Assembly (NCBI GenBank): GCA_050175015.1
Contig: JBFXJJ010000002.1
Coordinates: forward strand, 193,995-257,994
DNA: 64,000 nucleotides
DNA from: Alphaproteobacteria bacterium
GTDB taxonomy: Bacteria; Pseudomonadota; Alphaproteobacteria; JBFXJJ01
Direction of reading: 5' to 3'
Part shown: piece after piece, positions 11,390 through 21,320 of the stretch
Layout: every line of letters starts with the position of its first letter
Position numbering within the stretch: position 1 is the first letter of the stretch
Program-made: the position numbers and the translations under genes
The notes under the pieces: model-generated
What the model saw: the letters and a program-made list of their open reading frames with translations, nothing else
Told to the model about the DNA's origin: nothing
The model's database searches: none

Positions 11390-12175
11390 TTATTCTTTAA
11401 CAAAAGTTCCCTTAACTCTTTGTTTTCCTTGGGCATTAGATGTCAAACGACTTATCCCTGTTTGCAGATTAACCTCAGCTTTATCACCTCTTAGCTGATT
11501 TTCTTGCTGACTTATTATGACGTTACCGTCCAAAGTTGCAATAGATTTTTTTGCATCATAAATTCCATTATCGGCAGTTATTTTCTCGTTAGCGGTGTTA
11601 ATCTCTACCTTTCCGATAGTTTTCGCATTTTTTAACTCGAGAACATTTTTTTCTTTGTTGTTAACAAAATATGCTTCTATTGTTGATGCAACTAATTTTT
11701 TGCCATCACTAACTATGGTTGCATTACCCTTGGCAATTGCTTTTTTTTCATTTTGGTTATATTCAAGTTTTTCATACGCTGTAAGAGTTTCTTTATGACG
11801 CTCTAATTTAGCAGGATTACCCGTTACGGTTATAATGCCTGTTTCAATATTATATTCCGCTTCATCTCCGCTTATCTTGACTTCTGGAGATATAAAAACA
11901 ATATTGTCTTTAGCCGCAAATTTGAAAACTTCAGGTTTATCATTATTATGATAATAAGCTTCGATAACACTACTGGTTAGCTTAAGCTTTCCTTGTGTTA
12001 CAACAGCATTTCCAAGTGCTGATATACTTTTCTTGGTTCTATCCCATTCAACACCGTCGGTTGCTTCAATTTGTATCGCTCCTCCAGTTGAAGCTGCAAA
12101 ACCAAGATTTTGAGCTTTTGCTTCTGCTGCAAACATTGTGGCTAAAAATGCCAAAAATAATAACCTTTTTATCAT
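11390..12175 (-). CDS. lptA: LPS transport periplasmic protein LptA/OstA family
   Basis: Signal peptide, repeated beta-jellyroll motifs, ends QRVKGTF; position between lptC and lptB. Confidence 0.88.
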   Translation of the reverse strand: MIKRLLFLAFLATMFAAEAKAQNLGFAASTGGAIQIEATDGVEWDRTKKSISALGNAVVTQGKLKLTSSVIEAYYHNNDKPEVFKFAAKDNIVFISPEVKISGDEAEYNIETGIITVTGNPAKLERHKETLTAYEKLEYNQNEKKAIAKGNATIVSDGKKLVASTIEAYFVNNKEKNVLELKNAKTIGKVEINTANEKITADNGIYDAKKSIATLDGNVIISQQENQLRGDKAEVNLQTGISRLTSNAQGKQRVKGTFVKE

Positions 12176-12819
12176 AAAGTTCCCTTTGGTATCCGATATA
12201 ATTTAACTTTTGTTTTGCCTGTAATTTTTATTTTGTTGCCTTTTTCACTGATACTAAGTCCTTCACCTGCGACCTCACCAAAAGGTGCCGCAAACAAAAT
12301 TTTTTCATTTGAAACCGCCTCTCCTTTTTTTAAATCTATCTTCATTTTGCCGATTTCAAAATTATAGCCGCCATCGTGAAAAATGCTAACGCCATCATTT
12401 AATTCTAAAATTTCATCTTTCTGCTTAAAAACGCCATTAGATGCTTCCGCCGCAACCCACGTATTATCAGACATCATAATGTCAGCTTTAGGTTTTGTAA
12501 GCTCAATAATCATTGAGCCTGGCTCTGTCTCCATAGCCAAATCTGCGCTTAAAGAATATGGTTGATTCTTATTGTCGGTTGCAAAGAATTTGGCATTAAC
12601 CATACGCATACTTTCAATTCTAGAAAACTCAGGAATGCCTATATTGATTTTAAATTTATCTTTTTCAGCAAGAATTTGAGGCCAGATTAAAATTAGACCT
12701 ATTAACACGCTAGCTATAGCTGGCAGTAAAAGTTTTAAAATTTTTACAAACCTAGTATATCCGATAACACTACGTTCAGACAATCTTTGCGGTTTATAAC
12801 TTTCAGAAAACTTGCTCAT
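12172..12819 (-). CDS. lptC: LPS export protein LptC
   Basis: YTRFVKILKLLLP N-terminal TM anchor, beta-rich periplasmic domain; synteny. Confidence 0.87.
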   Translation of the reverse strand: MSKFSESYKPQRLSERSVIGYTRFVKILKLLLPAIASVLIGLILIWPQILAEKDKFKINIGIPEFSRIESMRMVNAKFFATDNKNQPYSLSADLAMETEPGSMIIELTKPKADIMMSDNTWVAAEASNGVFKQKDEILELNDGVSIFHDGGYNFEIGKMKIDLKKGEAVSNEKILFAAPFGEVAGEGLSISEKGNKIKITGKTKVKLYRIPKGTL

Positions 12820-13803
12820 TTAGGAAATCTTAGCACGTAAACAATCATGGATATGAATTATTCCACAAGGAATTTTTTCTTCATCAACAAAAAGACTGGT
12901 AATTTTACTTTGATTCATAATTCTTAAAGCCTCAACTGCCAGCAGTTCTTTTTTCACTGTCTTAGGATTTTTAGTCATAACATCTTTAGCTTTAAGTTCT
13001 AACATATTTTTTGACATATGGCGACGCAAATCGCCATCGGTAATAATACCGATAATTTCTTGATTATCGTCCAATACGCAAAGACAGCCAAAACTCTTAT
13101 TCGTCATAACAATCAGCGCTTCGGGCATTGGCATATTATAATTTACATTAGGCATTTCATCGCCTTTATGCATCAAATCTTCAACCTTCAGCAAGCTTTG
13201 CCCGAGCTTTCCACCTGGGTGCCTTACCGAAAAATCATCACGAGAAAACCCTTTCTTTTCAAGCAGAGCAACCGCCAAGGCATCACCTAAAGCCATCATC
13301 ATTGTTGTTGAAGTGGTAGGAGCTAAGCCAAGAGGACAGGCTTCATCTGCCTTGGGAAGAACCAACGTAACATCGCTGTTTTTAGATAAGGTGCTTTTAT
13401 CTTTGCTCGTAATAGATATTAATGGGATTCCGAATCTTTTGGTATAAGCGACAATATCCTTGAGTTCTGCAGTTTCGCCAGAATTTGAAAGAGCAAGAAC
13501 AACATCTTTAGCCGAAATCATTCCCAAATCACCATGACTGGCTTCAGCGGGATGAACAAAAAAAGACGGCGTTCCCGTTGATGCTAAAGTAGCTGAAATT
13601 TTACAGGCAATATGTCCGCTTTTACCAATTCCTGTAACAATTACCTTGCCTTCAAGTTTATTAATAATTTCAACAGCTTTGATAAAATTTTCATCTATTT
13701 TTTCTGAAAGCTTCTCTATTCCTTTAGCTTCCATCAACAAAACAGCCTTAGCTATAGCAATGCCATCTTTTGCTGTTGCATCTATTACCGAATTCAACTC
13801 CAA
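12820..13803 (-). CDS. kdsD: Arabinose-5-phosphate isomerase (KpsF/GutQ)
   Basis: TGIGKSGHI, EASHGDLG, APTTST, HPGGKLG, CBS pair. Confidence 0.96.
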   Translation of the reverse strand: MELNSVIDATAKDGIAIAKAVLLMEAKGIEKLSEKIDENFIKAVEIINKLEGKVIVTGIGKSGHIACKISATLASTGTPSFFVHPAEASHGDLGMISAKDVVLALSNSGETAELKDIVAYTKRFGIPLISITSKDKSTLSKNSDVTLVLPKADEACPLGLAPTTSTTMMMALGDALAVALLEKKGFSRDDFSVRHPGGKLGQSLLKVEDLMHKGDEMPNVNYNMPMPEALIVMTNKSFGCLCVLDDNQEIIGIITDGDLRRHMSKNMLELKAKDVMTKNPKTVKKELLAVEALRIMNQSKITSLFVDEEKIPCGIIHIHDCLRAKIS

Positions 13804-13828
13804 AATTCCTTACTTACTTAAAAATTAT

Positions 13829-14464
13829 TTAATGGGAAAAGATATCCATATCATCAAAACCAGCAAGATCTAAATCCGCTCTGGTTTCTAAAAAGTCAAA
13901 AGCCTTTTGAGCCAACTCAAATCTTTTTTCTCTTTTCAGCAACGCTTCAACTTTGTCTTTTAAACGATGGAGATAAAAGACATCATTAGCAGCATAGACC
14001 ATTTGTTCTTGAGATAATTTAGGACTTGCCCAATCTGAGGTTTGTTGCTCTTTTATTAGTTCAACATTGAGTAAATCATAGCATAGATTTTTAAGCCCGT
14101 GCCTATCCGTATTAGTACGGCACAATTTTGAAGCAATTTTAGTGCAAAAAACAGGCGTGCATCTAACGCCCAAATATCTTTTGATAATTGCAACATCAAA
14201 TCTAGCAAAATGGAATATTTTTAAAATATCTTGATTGCCTAAAAGTTTTTTTAGATTAGGAGCATCATAGTTATCATTAAGTTTTACTAAATGACATTCG
14301 CCATTTTCTAAGCCAATTTGAACTAAACATAAACGGTCACGATTAAGTTTTAGCCCCATAGTTTCGGTATCAACCGCGATTGATGTTCCAAAATTGATTT
14401 CACCACTAATATCACCTTCGTGATATATGATAACAGGAGCGGTCATAGCTTTTTCCTTAAACAT
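13829..14464 (-). CDS. rnd: Ribonuclease D-like 3'-5' exonuclease
   Basis: AVDTETMGL, RDRLCLVQ, FHFARFD, YAANDV DEDDy motifs. Confidence 0.92.
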   Translation of the reverse strand: MFKEKAMTAPVIIYHEGDISGEINFGTSIAVDTETMGLKLNRDRLCLVQIGLENGECHLVKLNDNYDAPNLKKLLGNQDILKIFHFARFDVAIIKRYLGVRCTPVFCTKIASKLCRTNTDRHGLKNLCYDLLNVELIKEQQTSDWASPKLSQEQMVYAANDVFYLHRLKDKVEALLKREKRFELAQKAFDFLETRADLDLAGFDDMDIFSH

Positions 14465-14472
14465 TCCAAAGC

Positions 14473-14559
14473 TGGTGCCCAGAAGAAGACTCGAACTTCC
14501 ACAACCGTAAGGCCACAGGTACCTGAAACCTGCGCGTCTACCAATTCCGCCATCTGGGC
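14473..14559 (-). tRNA. tRNA-Leu (CAG)
   Basis: GCCCAGATGGCGGAATTGGTAGACGCG...TT-CAG-GT...GTTCGAGTC...GGGCACCA; long variable arm. Confidence 0.97.
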
Positions 14560-14665
14560 TCTTTGGACTTTAAATATCTTAAATTACTTATACTCGTAAC
14601 ACTTGGTATAGCAATAAGTTAAAAAAAAGCCAATATCAATTTTATTTTTTTAACGTTTTTCTTTT

Positions 14666-15079
14666 TTAATCTCCAATTAGAGTATGTTTTAGCCTCATAA
14701 CAAGTTTTTCTGGAGAAATTGGTTTAACTAAAAAATCCTGAATACCAAGTTTTTTAGCTTCAATTACAGTATCTTTATCTGCAAAATTTGTAACCATAAC
14801 AATCTTAACATTAGTGTTGGTTATGCCATCTTTGCCTTCTCTGATAACTCTCGCAAATTCTAAACCTGTTAAACCTGGCATTTCGTGATCAAGCAGCAAG
14901 ACATCAATGTGATGCTTTTTTATCATCTCTGTTGCTTGAATAGCATTCGTTGCATCATAAATATTGTTGATGCCGTATTGTTTTAAAGATGTCCTCAAAA
15001 GATTTCTTGAAAAAGCATCATCATCAACTATCATATAGTTGAGAGAAATCATTCTGGGATCAATTTTCCCACTATCCAT
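14666..15079 (-). CDS. Single-domain response regulator (CheY-like receiver)
   Basis: IVDDD, LLLDHEMPGLTG, MVT, FLVKP motifs. Confidence 0.9.
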   Translation of the reverse strand: MDSGKIDPRMISLNYMIVDDDAFSRNLLRTSLKQYGINNIYDATNAIQATEMIKKHHIDVLLLDHEMPGLTGLEFARVIREGKDGITNTNVKIVMVTNFADKDTVIEAKKLGIQDFLVKPISPEKLVMRLKHTLIGD

Positions 15080-15094
15080 ATAAAATCCCCTTAT

Positions 15095-16006
15095 TTAATT
15101 TTTCATAAAATCGGGCATACCTATATTCAAAAAACTCTCAGGGTCTATTCTTGTTGTCCCTACACTTACTCCAAAATGCAAATGCGGACCTGTCGCTCTT
15201 CCCGTTGCTCCAACAGCCCCAATGACATCGCCTTGTTTTACTTTTTGACCCAGCCGAGCGTCTATCTGATCTAAGTGAACATAAATGGTTGAAAGCCCCA
15301 TACCGTGGTCAACCATAACTGTCTTACCCGTTAAATACATATCATCATTTACTAACGAAACTATACCATCTGCCGCAGCCTTTACCGGCGTGCCTGTTCT
15401 GGCCTTAATATCTATCCCCGAATGCGGCGCTCTTGACTCTCCATTCAAAATCCGCTGACTTCCAAAAACGCTTGTTATCTGGCCGTCAACCGGCATAATA
15501 AATGAAGAATTATAAAAAACTTTGCTTGAATATTTTTCCCTAATGTTTTTTACTTGAAGGTTATCTTTTTTTATTCTTTCTGCTGTAACTTCATCAGGTG
15601 AAACCATTGATGAAGGCAAACCTTCTATCTTCTGTATAAGCCAATTTCTTTTCATTATATTAAGCTTAACGGTTTCTACCTTATTGTTCGAGAGAACAAT
15701 ATCAAGCTTATTATCTTGCATCAAATCACGGTCAAACCCTAAAATAAAAAAACCGTTTTCTGAAACTGGAACAAGACTTCCATTAAATTTGACTTCAGAC
15801 TTAAGCGGGACTTTGCCGTAGAACAATCCGCCCTGCCTCATATCTCCAAACAATTTCACACCTAAAGGCAAATTGTCTGGATAGCTGAACACATCGGCTG
15901 CACAAACCTGCCCACAAAAGACAAAAGATAAAAAAACCAATAAAAAAAATAGTTTTCTTTGTTTAAAATAATTCTTTTTGAATGTCTTCATAGGCATTTT
16001 TATCAT
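15095..16006 (-). CDS. M23 family metallopeptidase
   Basis: HSGID, VDHG, GATGRATGPHLHF. Confidence 0.92.
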   Translation of the reverse strand: MIKMPMKTFKKNYFKQRKLFFLLVFLSFVFCGQVCAADVFSYPDNLPLGVKLFGDMRQGGLFYGKVPLKSEVKFNGSLVPVSENGFFILGFDRDLMQDNKLDIVLSNNKVETVKLNIMKRNWLIQKIEGLPSSMVSPDEVTAERIKKDNLQVKNIREKYSSKVFYNSSFIMPVDGQITSVFGSQRILNGESRAPHSGIDIKARTGTPVKAAADGIVSLVNDDMYLTGKTVMVDHGMGLSTIYVHLDQIDARLGQKVKQGDVIGAVGATGRATGPHLHFGVSVGTTRIDPESFLNIGMPDFMKN

Positions 16007-17393
16007 CTTTTTTTCTTTTTGGCTGCTGCAACCTTAATGTTCCTGCATTTACTACTTTAACACAACCATCATAGAAATTTAAAGAGATTTCTGGTTGTTT
16101 TTCAGCATTAATACTACTAATGATGGGGTTGCCTTTATTATCCTTAGCCAGAACAAAACCTCTTTTTAGAATGTTCATAAAAGAGCAATTTTCCAATTCT
16201 GCCCCGTTTCTTTCAAGCTGGTTTCTTTTCTCGCTCAATACGTTTTCCATAACTGTTTGAAGTCTAAATTTCAGCTGAGCAATTTTCATTTTTTCAGAAT
16301 TAATCATAGCCTCAGGATTTATTAATAAAGACTTTAAGCGAAAAACCACACTTTCTTTTCTTTCAAGAAAAACCTTGGTTCCATTATAGAACCTTTCCAT
16401 TCTGTCATCTAACTGCTGGCTTAATTCTCCGATAAGATTTTGCGGCTGCGGCAAAGCCCTTGCGATATTCTTGATATTATAACGCCTGTCTGCAATAAAC
16501 TTCTGCCAAGAACTAAGAGCTCTGACTTCCAGCTTTTTAATATGTGAAACTAAATCTATCCTAACAGGAACCACCATTTCAGCTGCGGCACTAGGGGTCG
16601 GAGCCCTAACGTCTGCCGCATAATCAATTAAAGTCGTATCCGTTTCGTGTCCAATCGCAGAGATTACAGGGATTTCAGAGGCCGCAACGGCTCTTGCCAG
16701 TTCCTCATCATTAAAAGCCCACAAATCTTCAAAACTTCCGCCACCTCTAGCTACAATAATAACATCAGGCTTTAACTTTAAATCTTTAATTCTGTTAAAT
16801 CCCTTAATCGCTTCAACAATTTTGGGCGGAGCAGCATCTCCTTGAACCGGTGCCGGCCACAACAGAAGATGACGGGGAAATCTATCACTAATGCGGTGCA
16901 GCATATCACGTATTACAGCCCCAGTAGGCGAAGTTATTATTCCTATTTTTTCAGGAATAAGCGGTATCTTCTTTTTTCTTGAAATATCAAAAACGCCTTC
17001 TTTGCTTAAACGTTCTTTGCGTTCCATAAGAAGCTTAAGCAGAGCACCTTCGCCGGAAGCCTCCATTTTTTCAACAATTATCTGATACTGAGAGCGTCCT
17101 TGATAGGTTGTAATCCTGCCTGAGCATATAACTTCAAGACCTTCTTCGGGAGCAATGCTTAAACGATCAGCGTTTCCTCTCCAGCATATTGCAGAAATAA
17201 GCGCATTTTCATCTTTAAGGCTAAAATATAAATGACCAGAATAGTGCTTTTTAAAACCTGTAATTTCACCCTTAATTTTCACTAAGCCTAAACCATTCTC
17301 AAGAGCAGATTTGATTTTTAGTGAAACTTCACTCACAGACATTACTTCTGAAGTTCGGTTTGAAATCAGGTCATTGTTTTCAAAATCAATCAT
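15963..17393 (-). CDS. xseA: Exodeoxyribonuclease VII large subunit
   Basis: SGHLYFSLKD, ITSPTGAVIRD, ARGGGSFEDLW, SAIGHETD, RAPTPSAAAE. Confidence 0.97.
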   Translation of the reverse strand: MIDFENNDLISNRTSEVMSVSEVSLKIKSALENGLGLVKIKGEITGFKKHYSGHLYFSLKDENALISAICWRGNADRLSIAPEEGLEVICSGRITTYQGRSQYQIIVEKMEASGEGALLKLLMERKERLSKEGVFDISRKKKIPLIPEKIGIITSPTGAVIRDMLHRISDRFPRHLLLWPAPVQGDAAPPKIVEAIKGFNRIKDLKLKPDVIIVARGGGSFEDLWAFNDEELARAVAASEIPVISAIGHETDTTLIDYAADVRAPTPSAAAEMVVPVRIDLVSHIKKLEVRALSSWQKFIADRRYNIKNIARALPQPQNLIGELSQQLDDRMERFYNGTKVFLERKESVVFRLKSLLINPEAMINSEKMKIAQLKFRLQTVMENVLSEKRNQLERNGAELENCSFMNILKRGFVLAKDNKGNPIISSINAEKQPEISLNFYDGCVKVVNAGTLRLQQPKRKKDDKNAYEDIQKELF

Positions 17394-17863
17394 TTAATCA
17401 TTCTAATTTCTGTAAAAAAATTTCTAATAATCTCGGAGCATTTCATTTCTTCTATGCCGCTGTAAATCTCAGGAATATGATGGCAGCTGGAACTTTGAAA
17501 AATCTTAGGTCCATGCAAAACCCCGCCCGACTTAGGGTCATAAGCTCCAAAATAAAGCCTTTTTAAACGCACCAACGAGATAGCTGATGCACATAACGGA
17601 CAAGGCTCTAACGTTACATAAATATCTAGATTATCAAGGGTTTTAGAGCCCAATTTGCGACAAGCTTCGTTTATTACTAAAATTTCAGCGTGGTTTAGAG
17701 GATTTTTAGTTTCTTCAACTCTATTACCAGCACTTGCAACAATTTTATTTTCTTTAGCATCAAAGATAACCGCTCCCACAGGAATTTCGCCATTCTTTCC
17801 AGCTATTTCTGCTTGAAGAAGCGCAAACTGCATCGGGTTAAAGGCTTTGTCTGTAACAAACAT
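17390..17863 (-). CDS. tadA: tRNA adenosine(34) deaminase
   Basis: GEIPVGAV, HAE, VTLEPCPLC, FGAYDPKSG. Confidence 0.9.
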   Translation of the reverse strand: MFVTDKAFNPMQFALLQAEIAGKNGEIPVGAVIFDAKENKIVASAGNRVEETKNPLNHAEILVINEACRKLGSKTLDNLDIYVTLEPCPLCASAISLVRLKRLYFGAYDPKSGGVLHGPKIFQSSSCHHIPEIYSGIEEMKCSEIIRNFFTEIRMIK

Positions 17864-17954
17864 ATTGTATTACTCTAAAAAAAATATCACTATATAGTGT
17901 TTTATTATGATATTTTATTTTTAGCAACCCTTTAAGCGGAGTTTTCAATTTAAT

Positions 17955-18968
17955 ATGAATATTGATATCGCCCCTAATAATTACAAAATAGATCTTGGCG
18001 GTTATTCTATTAACGAAACAACGTTTGCCCACATCAGTGACGCCAGCCGCTTAACAGGAACCAGCCTCGAGTACCTCTTAGCAAAAGCAGGACAGGAAAG
18101 CAGTTTTGCTCCTAATGCTAAATCCTTATCTTCAAGTGCCGCAGGTCTTTATCAATTTACAGAAAACACTTGGCTGCAGCAATTTAAACTCCACGCTGCT
18201 AAATATGGATATAATGAGTTTGCTAAACATATAACAAGCGATGCTCGTGGTCATTTTGATGTCGATGACAAAAAAATTAAAAACAAGATTTTAGCCTTAA
18301 GAAAAGATACCAAAATATCCTCGTTACTTGCCGCAGAACTCGCTAGAACGAACCAAGCAATTTTGGAAAAAGAATTAAACATTGAAGCTACGCCTTCAGA
18401 TTTATACCTAGCACATTTTTTAGGAATAAATGGCGCAATTTCCCTTCTAAAAGCCATTGATGAAAATCCCAAACAAAATGCCTGCTCTCTTTTTCCAGAA
18501 GCGGCAAAAGCAAACACTCGAGTTTTTTACAAAGAAAAAGGAAAGAAGCCTCGTAATGTTAAAGAGGTTTACACTTTCATCAGTAAGCTTTTTGAGATTT
18601 CAGCCAAACGCATAACTAATATTCCAACAAGTATAATTGCAACCCTGCCTAAAATGCTTCCTAAAGCGAATCTCAAAACCGATTTGAGACTAGAAAATAA
18701 AAAAGCCAATCAGTTTAGTCAAATTGATCACAATGTTGATATTTTTCATATCAATGATTTTAAAAGCATTGAAAATAATGGTAACAACGATTTCAACTCT
18801 TTGAATTTTAAAGATATTTTAACTATAAACAACACTGTTCCTATTCTGCCTAATAAAATCAGCGCTCGAATGATTCCCGAAAAAAAACTTGCCGTTGATG
18901 AAAAAAATGTTTCTTTACCAGAAATAAACTTTATAAATGAGATTATCGAACACGTTACCAATAAATAA
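17955..18968 (+). CDS. Lytic transglycosylase (SLT domain) protein
   Basis: AGQESSF (catalytic Glu), SAAGLYQF, LYLAHFLG, FPEAAKAN; low-complexity C-terminus. Confidence 0.8.
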   Translation: MNIDIAPNNYKIDLGGYSINETTFAHISDASRLTGTSLEYLLAKAGQESSFAPNAKSLSSSAAGLYQFTENTWLQQFKLHAAKYGYNEFAKHITSDARGHFDVDDKKIKNKILALRKDTKISSLLAAELARTNQAILEKELNIEATPSDLYLAHFLGINGAISLLKAIDENPKQNACSLFPEAAKANTRVFYKEKGKKPRNVKEVYTFISKLFEISAKRITNIPTSIIATLPKMLPKANLKTDLRLENKKANQFSQIDHNVDIFHINDFKSIENNGNNDFNSLNFKDILTINNTVPILPNKISARMIPEKKLAVDEKNVSLPEINFINEIIEHVTNK

Positions 18969-18994
18969 CTATTTAAATAAGGTATTAAATCCTA

Positions 18995-19744
18995 ATGGAA
19001 AAACAAGCAAAAACTAAAGCGTTTGAGGGTGAACGCTTAGCGAAGGTTATTGCTAGATCTGGGGTTTGCTCCAGACGCGACGCTGAAAAATTAATTGCCT
19101 CTGGAAAAGTTACGGTTAACAATCAAAAAGTTGAAAGCCCAGCTTTAAATGTTAAGAATTCTGATGAGATAAAAATTGAGGGGAATTTACTAAATTCTCC
19201 AGAAAAAACCCGTATTTGGCGTTTTCACAAACCTAAAGGGATTGTTACAACCAACCGTGATCCTCAAAATAGAACTACTATTTTTGAATTGTTGCCTAAA
19301 GATATGCCAAGAGTGGTTTCTGTTGGACGCCTAGACTTAAACTCTGAAGGGCTTTTACTTTTAACTAATGACGGCGAACTTTCAAGACATCTTGAACTGC
19401 CTACGACAGGCTGGTCACGTAAATACCGTGTCCGAGTTCATGGAAAAGTCGATGCCAAAAAACTTGAAGAATTAGAAAAAGGCATCAGTTTTGAAGGTGT
19501 TAATTACGGTGTTGCCAAAGTTACGGTCGAACGCACCCAAGGTTCCAACGCTTGGTTAGTTGCAACAATAAAGGAAGGTAAAAACCGCGAGATACGAAAA
19601 ATAATGGAAAGCATTGGTTTAGAAGTTACAAGGCTTATCCGTGTATCTTATGGACCTTTCCAACTAGGAAACCTTGCTAAAGGCAAAGTTGCAGAAGTTC
19701 CAGCCAAAGTAATTAAGGAACAATTAGGAAAATATCTTTCATAA
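18995..19744 (+). CDS. rluB: rRNA pseudouridine synthase (RluB/RsuA family)
   Basis: S4 domain ERLAKVIARSGVCSRR, VGRLDLNSEGLLLLTNDG, EGKNREIR. Confidence 0.9.
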   Translation: MEKQAKTKAFEGERLAKVIARSGVCSRRDAEKLIASGKVTVNNQKVESPALNVKNSDEIKIEGNLLNSPEKTRIWRFHKPKGIVTTNRDPQNRTTIFELLPKDMPRVVSVGRLDLNSEGLLLLTNDGELSRHLELPTTGWSRKYRVRVHGKVDAKKLEELEKGISFEGVNYGVAKVTVERTQGSNAWLVATIKEGKNREIRKIMESIGLEVTRLIRVSYGPFQLGNLAKGKVAEVPAKVIKEQLGKYLS

Positions 19745-19784
19745 GAAAACAAGCAGCTTTTTAAGTAAAACAAGGCAGGTTTTT

Positions 19785-20345
19785 TTGAGAATAATATCAG
19801 GAACACTAAAAGGGAAAAAAATTCTTTCTCAAGAAGGACAAGATACTAGACCAACTTCTGATAAAAATCGGCAATCTCTGTTTAATATTATCTGCCATAA
19901 CTATTTTTCTCAGAATCTAACAGGCGTCAGCGTTCTTGATATTTTTGCAGGAAGCGGCGCCTTAGGTTTAGAGGCCTTATCAAGAGGAGCATTAAAAGCT
20001 TGTTTTGTTGAGAACAACAAAAAAGCTCTATATTACATTAATGAAAATATTAAAAACTGCCGCTTAGAAAAACAAAGCGAAATTATAAAGAGCGATGCCA
20101 CGAATCTTGCCAACTTAAAAAATGAATGTTTTTCATTAATTTTTATTGACCCCCCTTATCACAAAAATCTAATTGAACCAACGCTCAACAATTTAATTAA
20201 GAATCATTTTATAAATAATGAAACCATCTTAGTCATTGAAACTGCTAAAGATGAGAGCATAAACCTTCCTGAAAACGGCATAATTGATGATCAAAGGAGC
20301 TATGGAATAACAAAATTTTCCTTTATGAAAATAAAATCTTTTTAA
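19785..20345 (+). CDS. rsmD: 16S rRNA m2G966 methyltransferase
   Basis: MRIISG, TRPTSD, LDIFAGSGALGLEALSRGA, DPPY. Confidence 0.95.
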   Translation: MRIISGTLKGKKILSQEGQDTRPTSDKNRQSLFNIICHNYFSQNLTGVSVLDIFAGSGALGLEALSRGALKACFVENNKKALYYINENIKNCRLEKQSEIIKSDATNLANLKNECFSLIFIDPPYHKNLIEPTLNNLIKNHFINNETILVIETAKDESINLPENGIIDDQRSYGITKFSFMKIKSF

Positions 20346-20435
20346 GATTTTTTCTAGTTTTCTTTGATTTTATTTTATTATCACGTTAAAACTAAAACAA
20401 TTGTAATATTTTTGAAATATTAGCTGGAGGTTCTC

Positions 20436-21305
20436 TTGGAAAATTACGAAGAACAACTCAACAACTTGCGTGATGAAATTGATAAAATTGATGATGCTCT
20501 TCATGAAAATTTAGTAAAGCGCACAAAAATTGTTTTAGAAATAGCTAAGGTAAAAAGAAGTATGCCTAATTCTGACAGAGCTAGCGCTTGGCACCCTGCT
20601 AGGGAAGTTAGGATTTTAAGAAGACTGCTGGGCAAAGACAGTGGAGGCTTTCCTAAAACATCTATTTTTAGAATTTGGCGTGAAATGTTTGGAGCATTAA
20701 CCAATTTACAAAAGCCTTTTATTATGGCTGTTTTTATGCCTCAGCGCGGCGCTGGATTTTTAGAAATTGCTAGAGATCAATTTGGAGCTTATTCTCCCTT
20801 TTCCGTTTGCGGCTCGGTTGGACAGATTATTAGAGAGCTTACAGAAAACAAAGCTTCTGTCGGTGTAATTCCTATTGATGACAGTTATGATTCGACTTCT
20901 CCTTGGTGGATAAAAATGCTGCCGTCCAACATTAAAGTTGTTGCCAGACTGCCGTTAATTGGACCTGGCGAAGGTCGTGGCGGAGGCAAAGAAGCTTATG
21001 TTTTAGCTGTTGCTCCTCACGAGAATACTGGAGATGACCGCTCCTTAATGGTAATTGAAGTCAAAGAGGAAGCTTTCAGTATTGGTTCTTTAAAAGAAAA
21101 ATTGAAAACGGTTGATATTGAAATCGAGAGAATTTGCTCTAATTACACCGTTAATGATAAAGAAGCGGCATATCTTGCTGAGGTTCAAGGATATATCAGT
21201 GACGATGATCCTAGAATTAAAAAGCTTTATTCCAGCAATAAAAATAATTTTTCGAAAATAACAATTATTGGAGGCTATGCCGTACCACTCGATACGCAAG
21301 CCTAA
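20436..21305 (+). CDS. Chorismate mutase with C-terminal PDT-like domain
   Basis: LRDEIDKIDD...KR...AKVK...PARE AroQ motif, IWRE; upstream of hisC as typical of alphaproteobacteria. Confidence 0.82.
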   Translation: MENYEEQLNNLRDEIDKIDDALHENLVKRTKIVLEIAKVKRSMPNSDRASAWHPAREVRILRRLLGKDSGGFPKTSIFRIWREMFGALTNLQKPFIMAVFMPQRGAGFLEIARDQFGAYSPFSVCGSVGQIIRELTENKASVGVIPIDDSYDSTSPWWIKMLPSNIKVVARLPLIGPGEGRGGGKEAYVLAVAPHENTGDDRSLMVIEVKEEAFSIGSLKEKLKTVDIEIERICSNYTVNDKEAAYLAEVQGYISDDDPRIKKLYSSNKNNFSKITIIGGYAVPLDTQA

Positions 21306-21320
21306 TAAGTTATAGGATTT

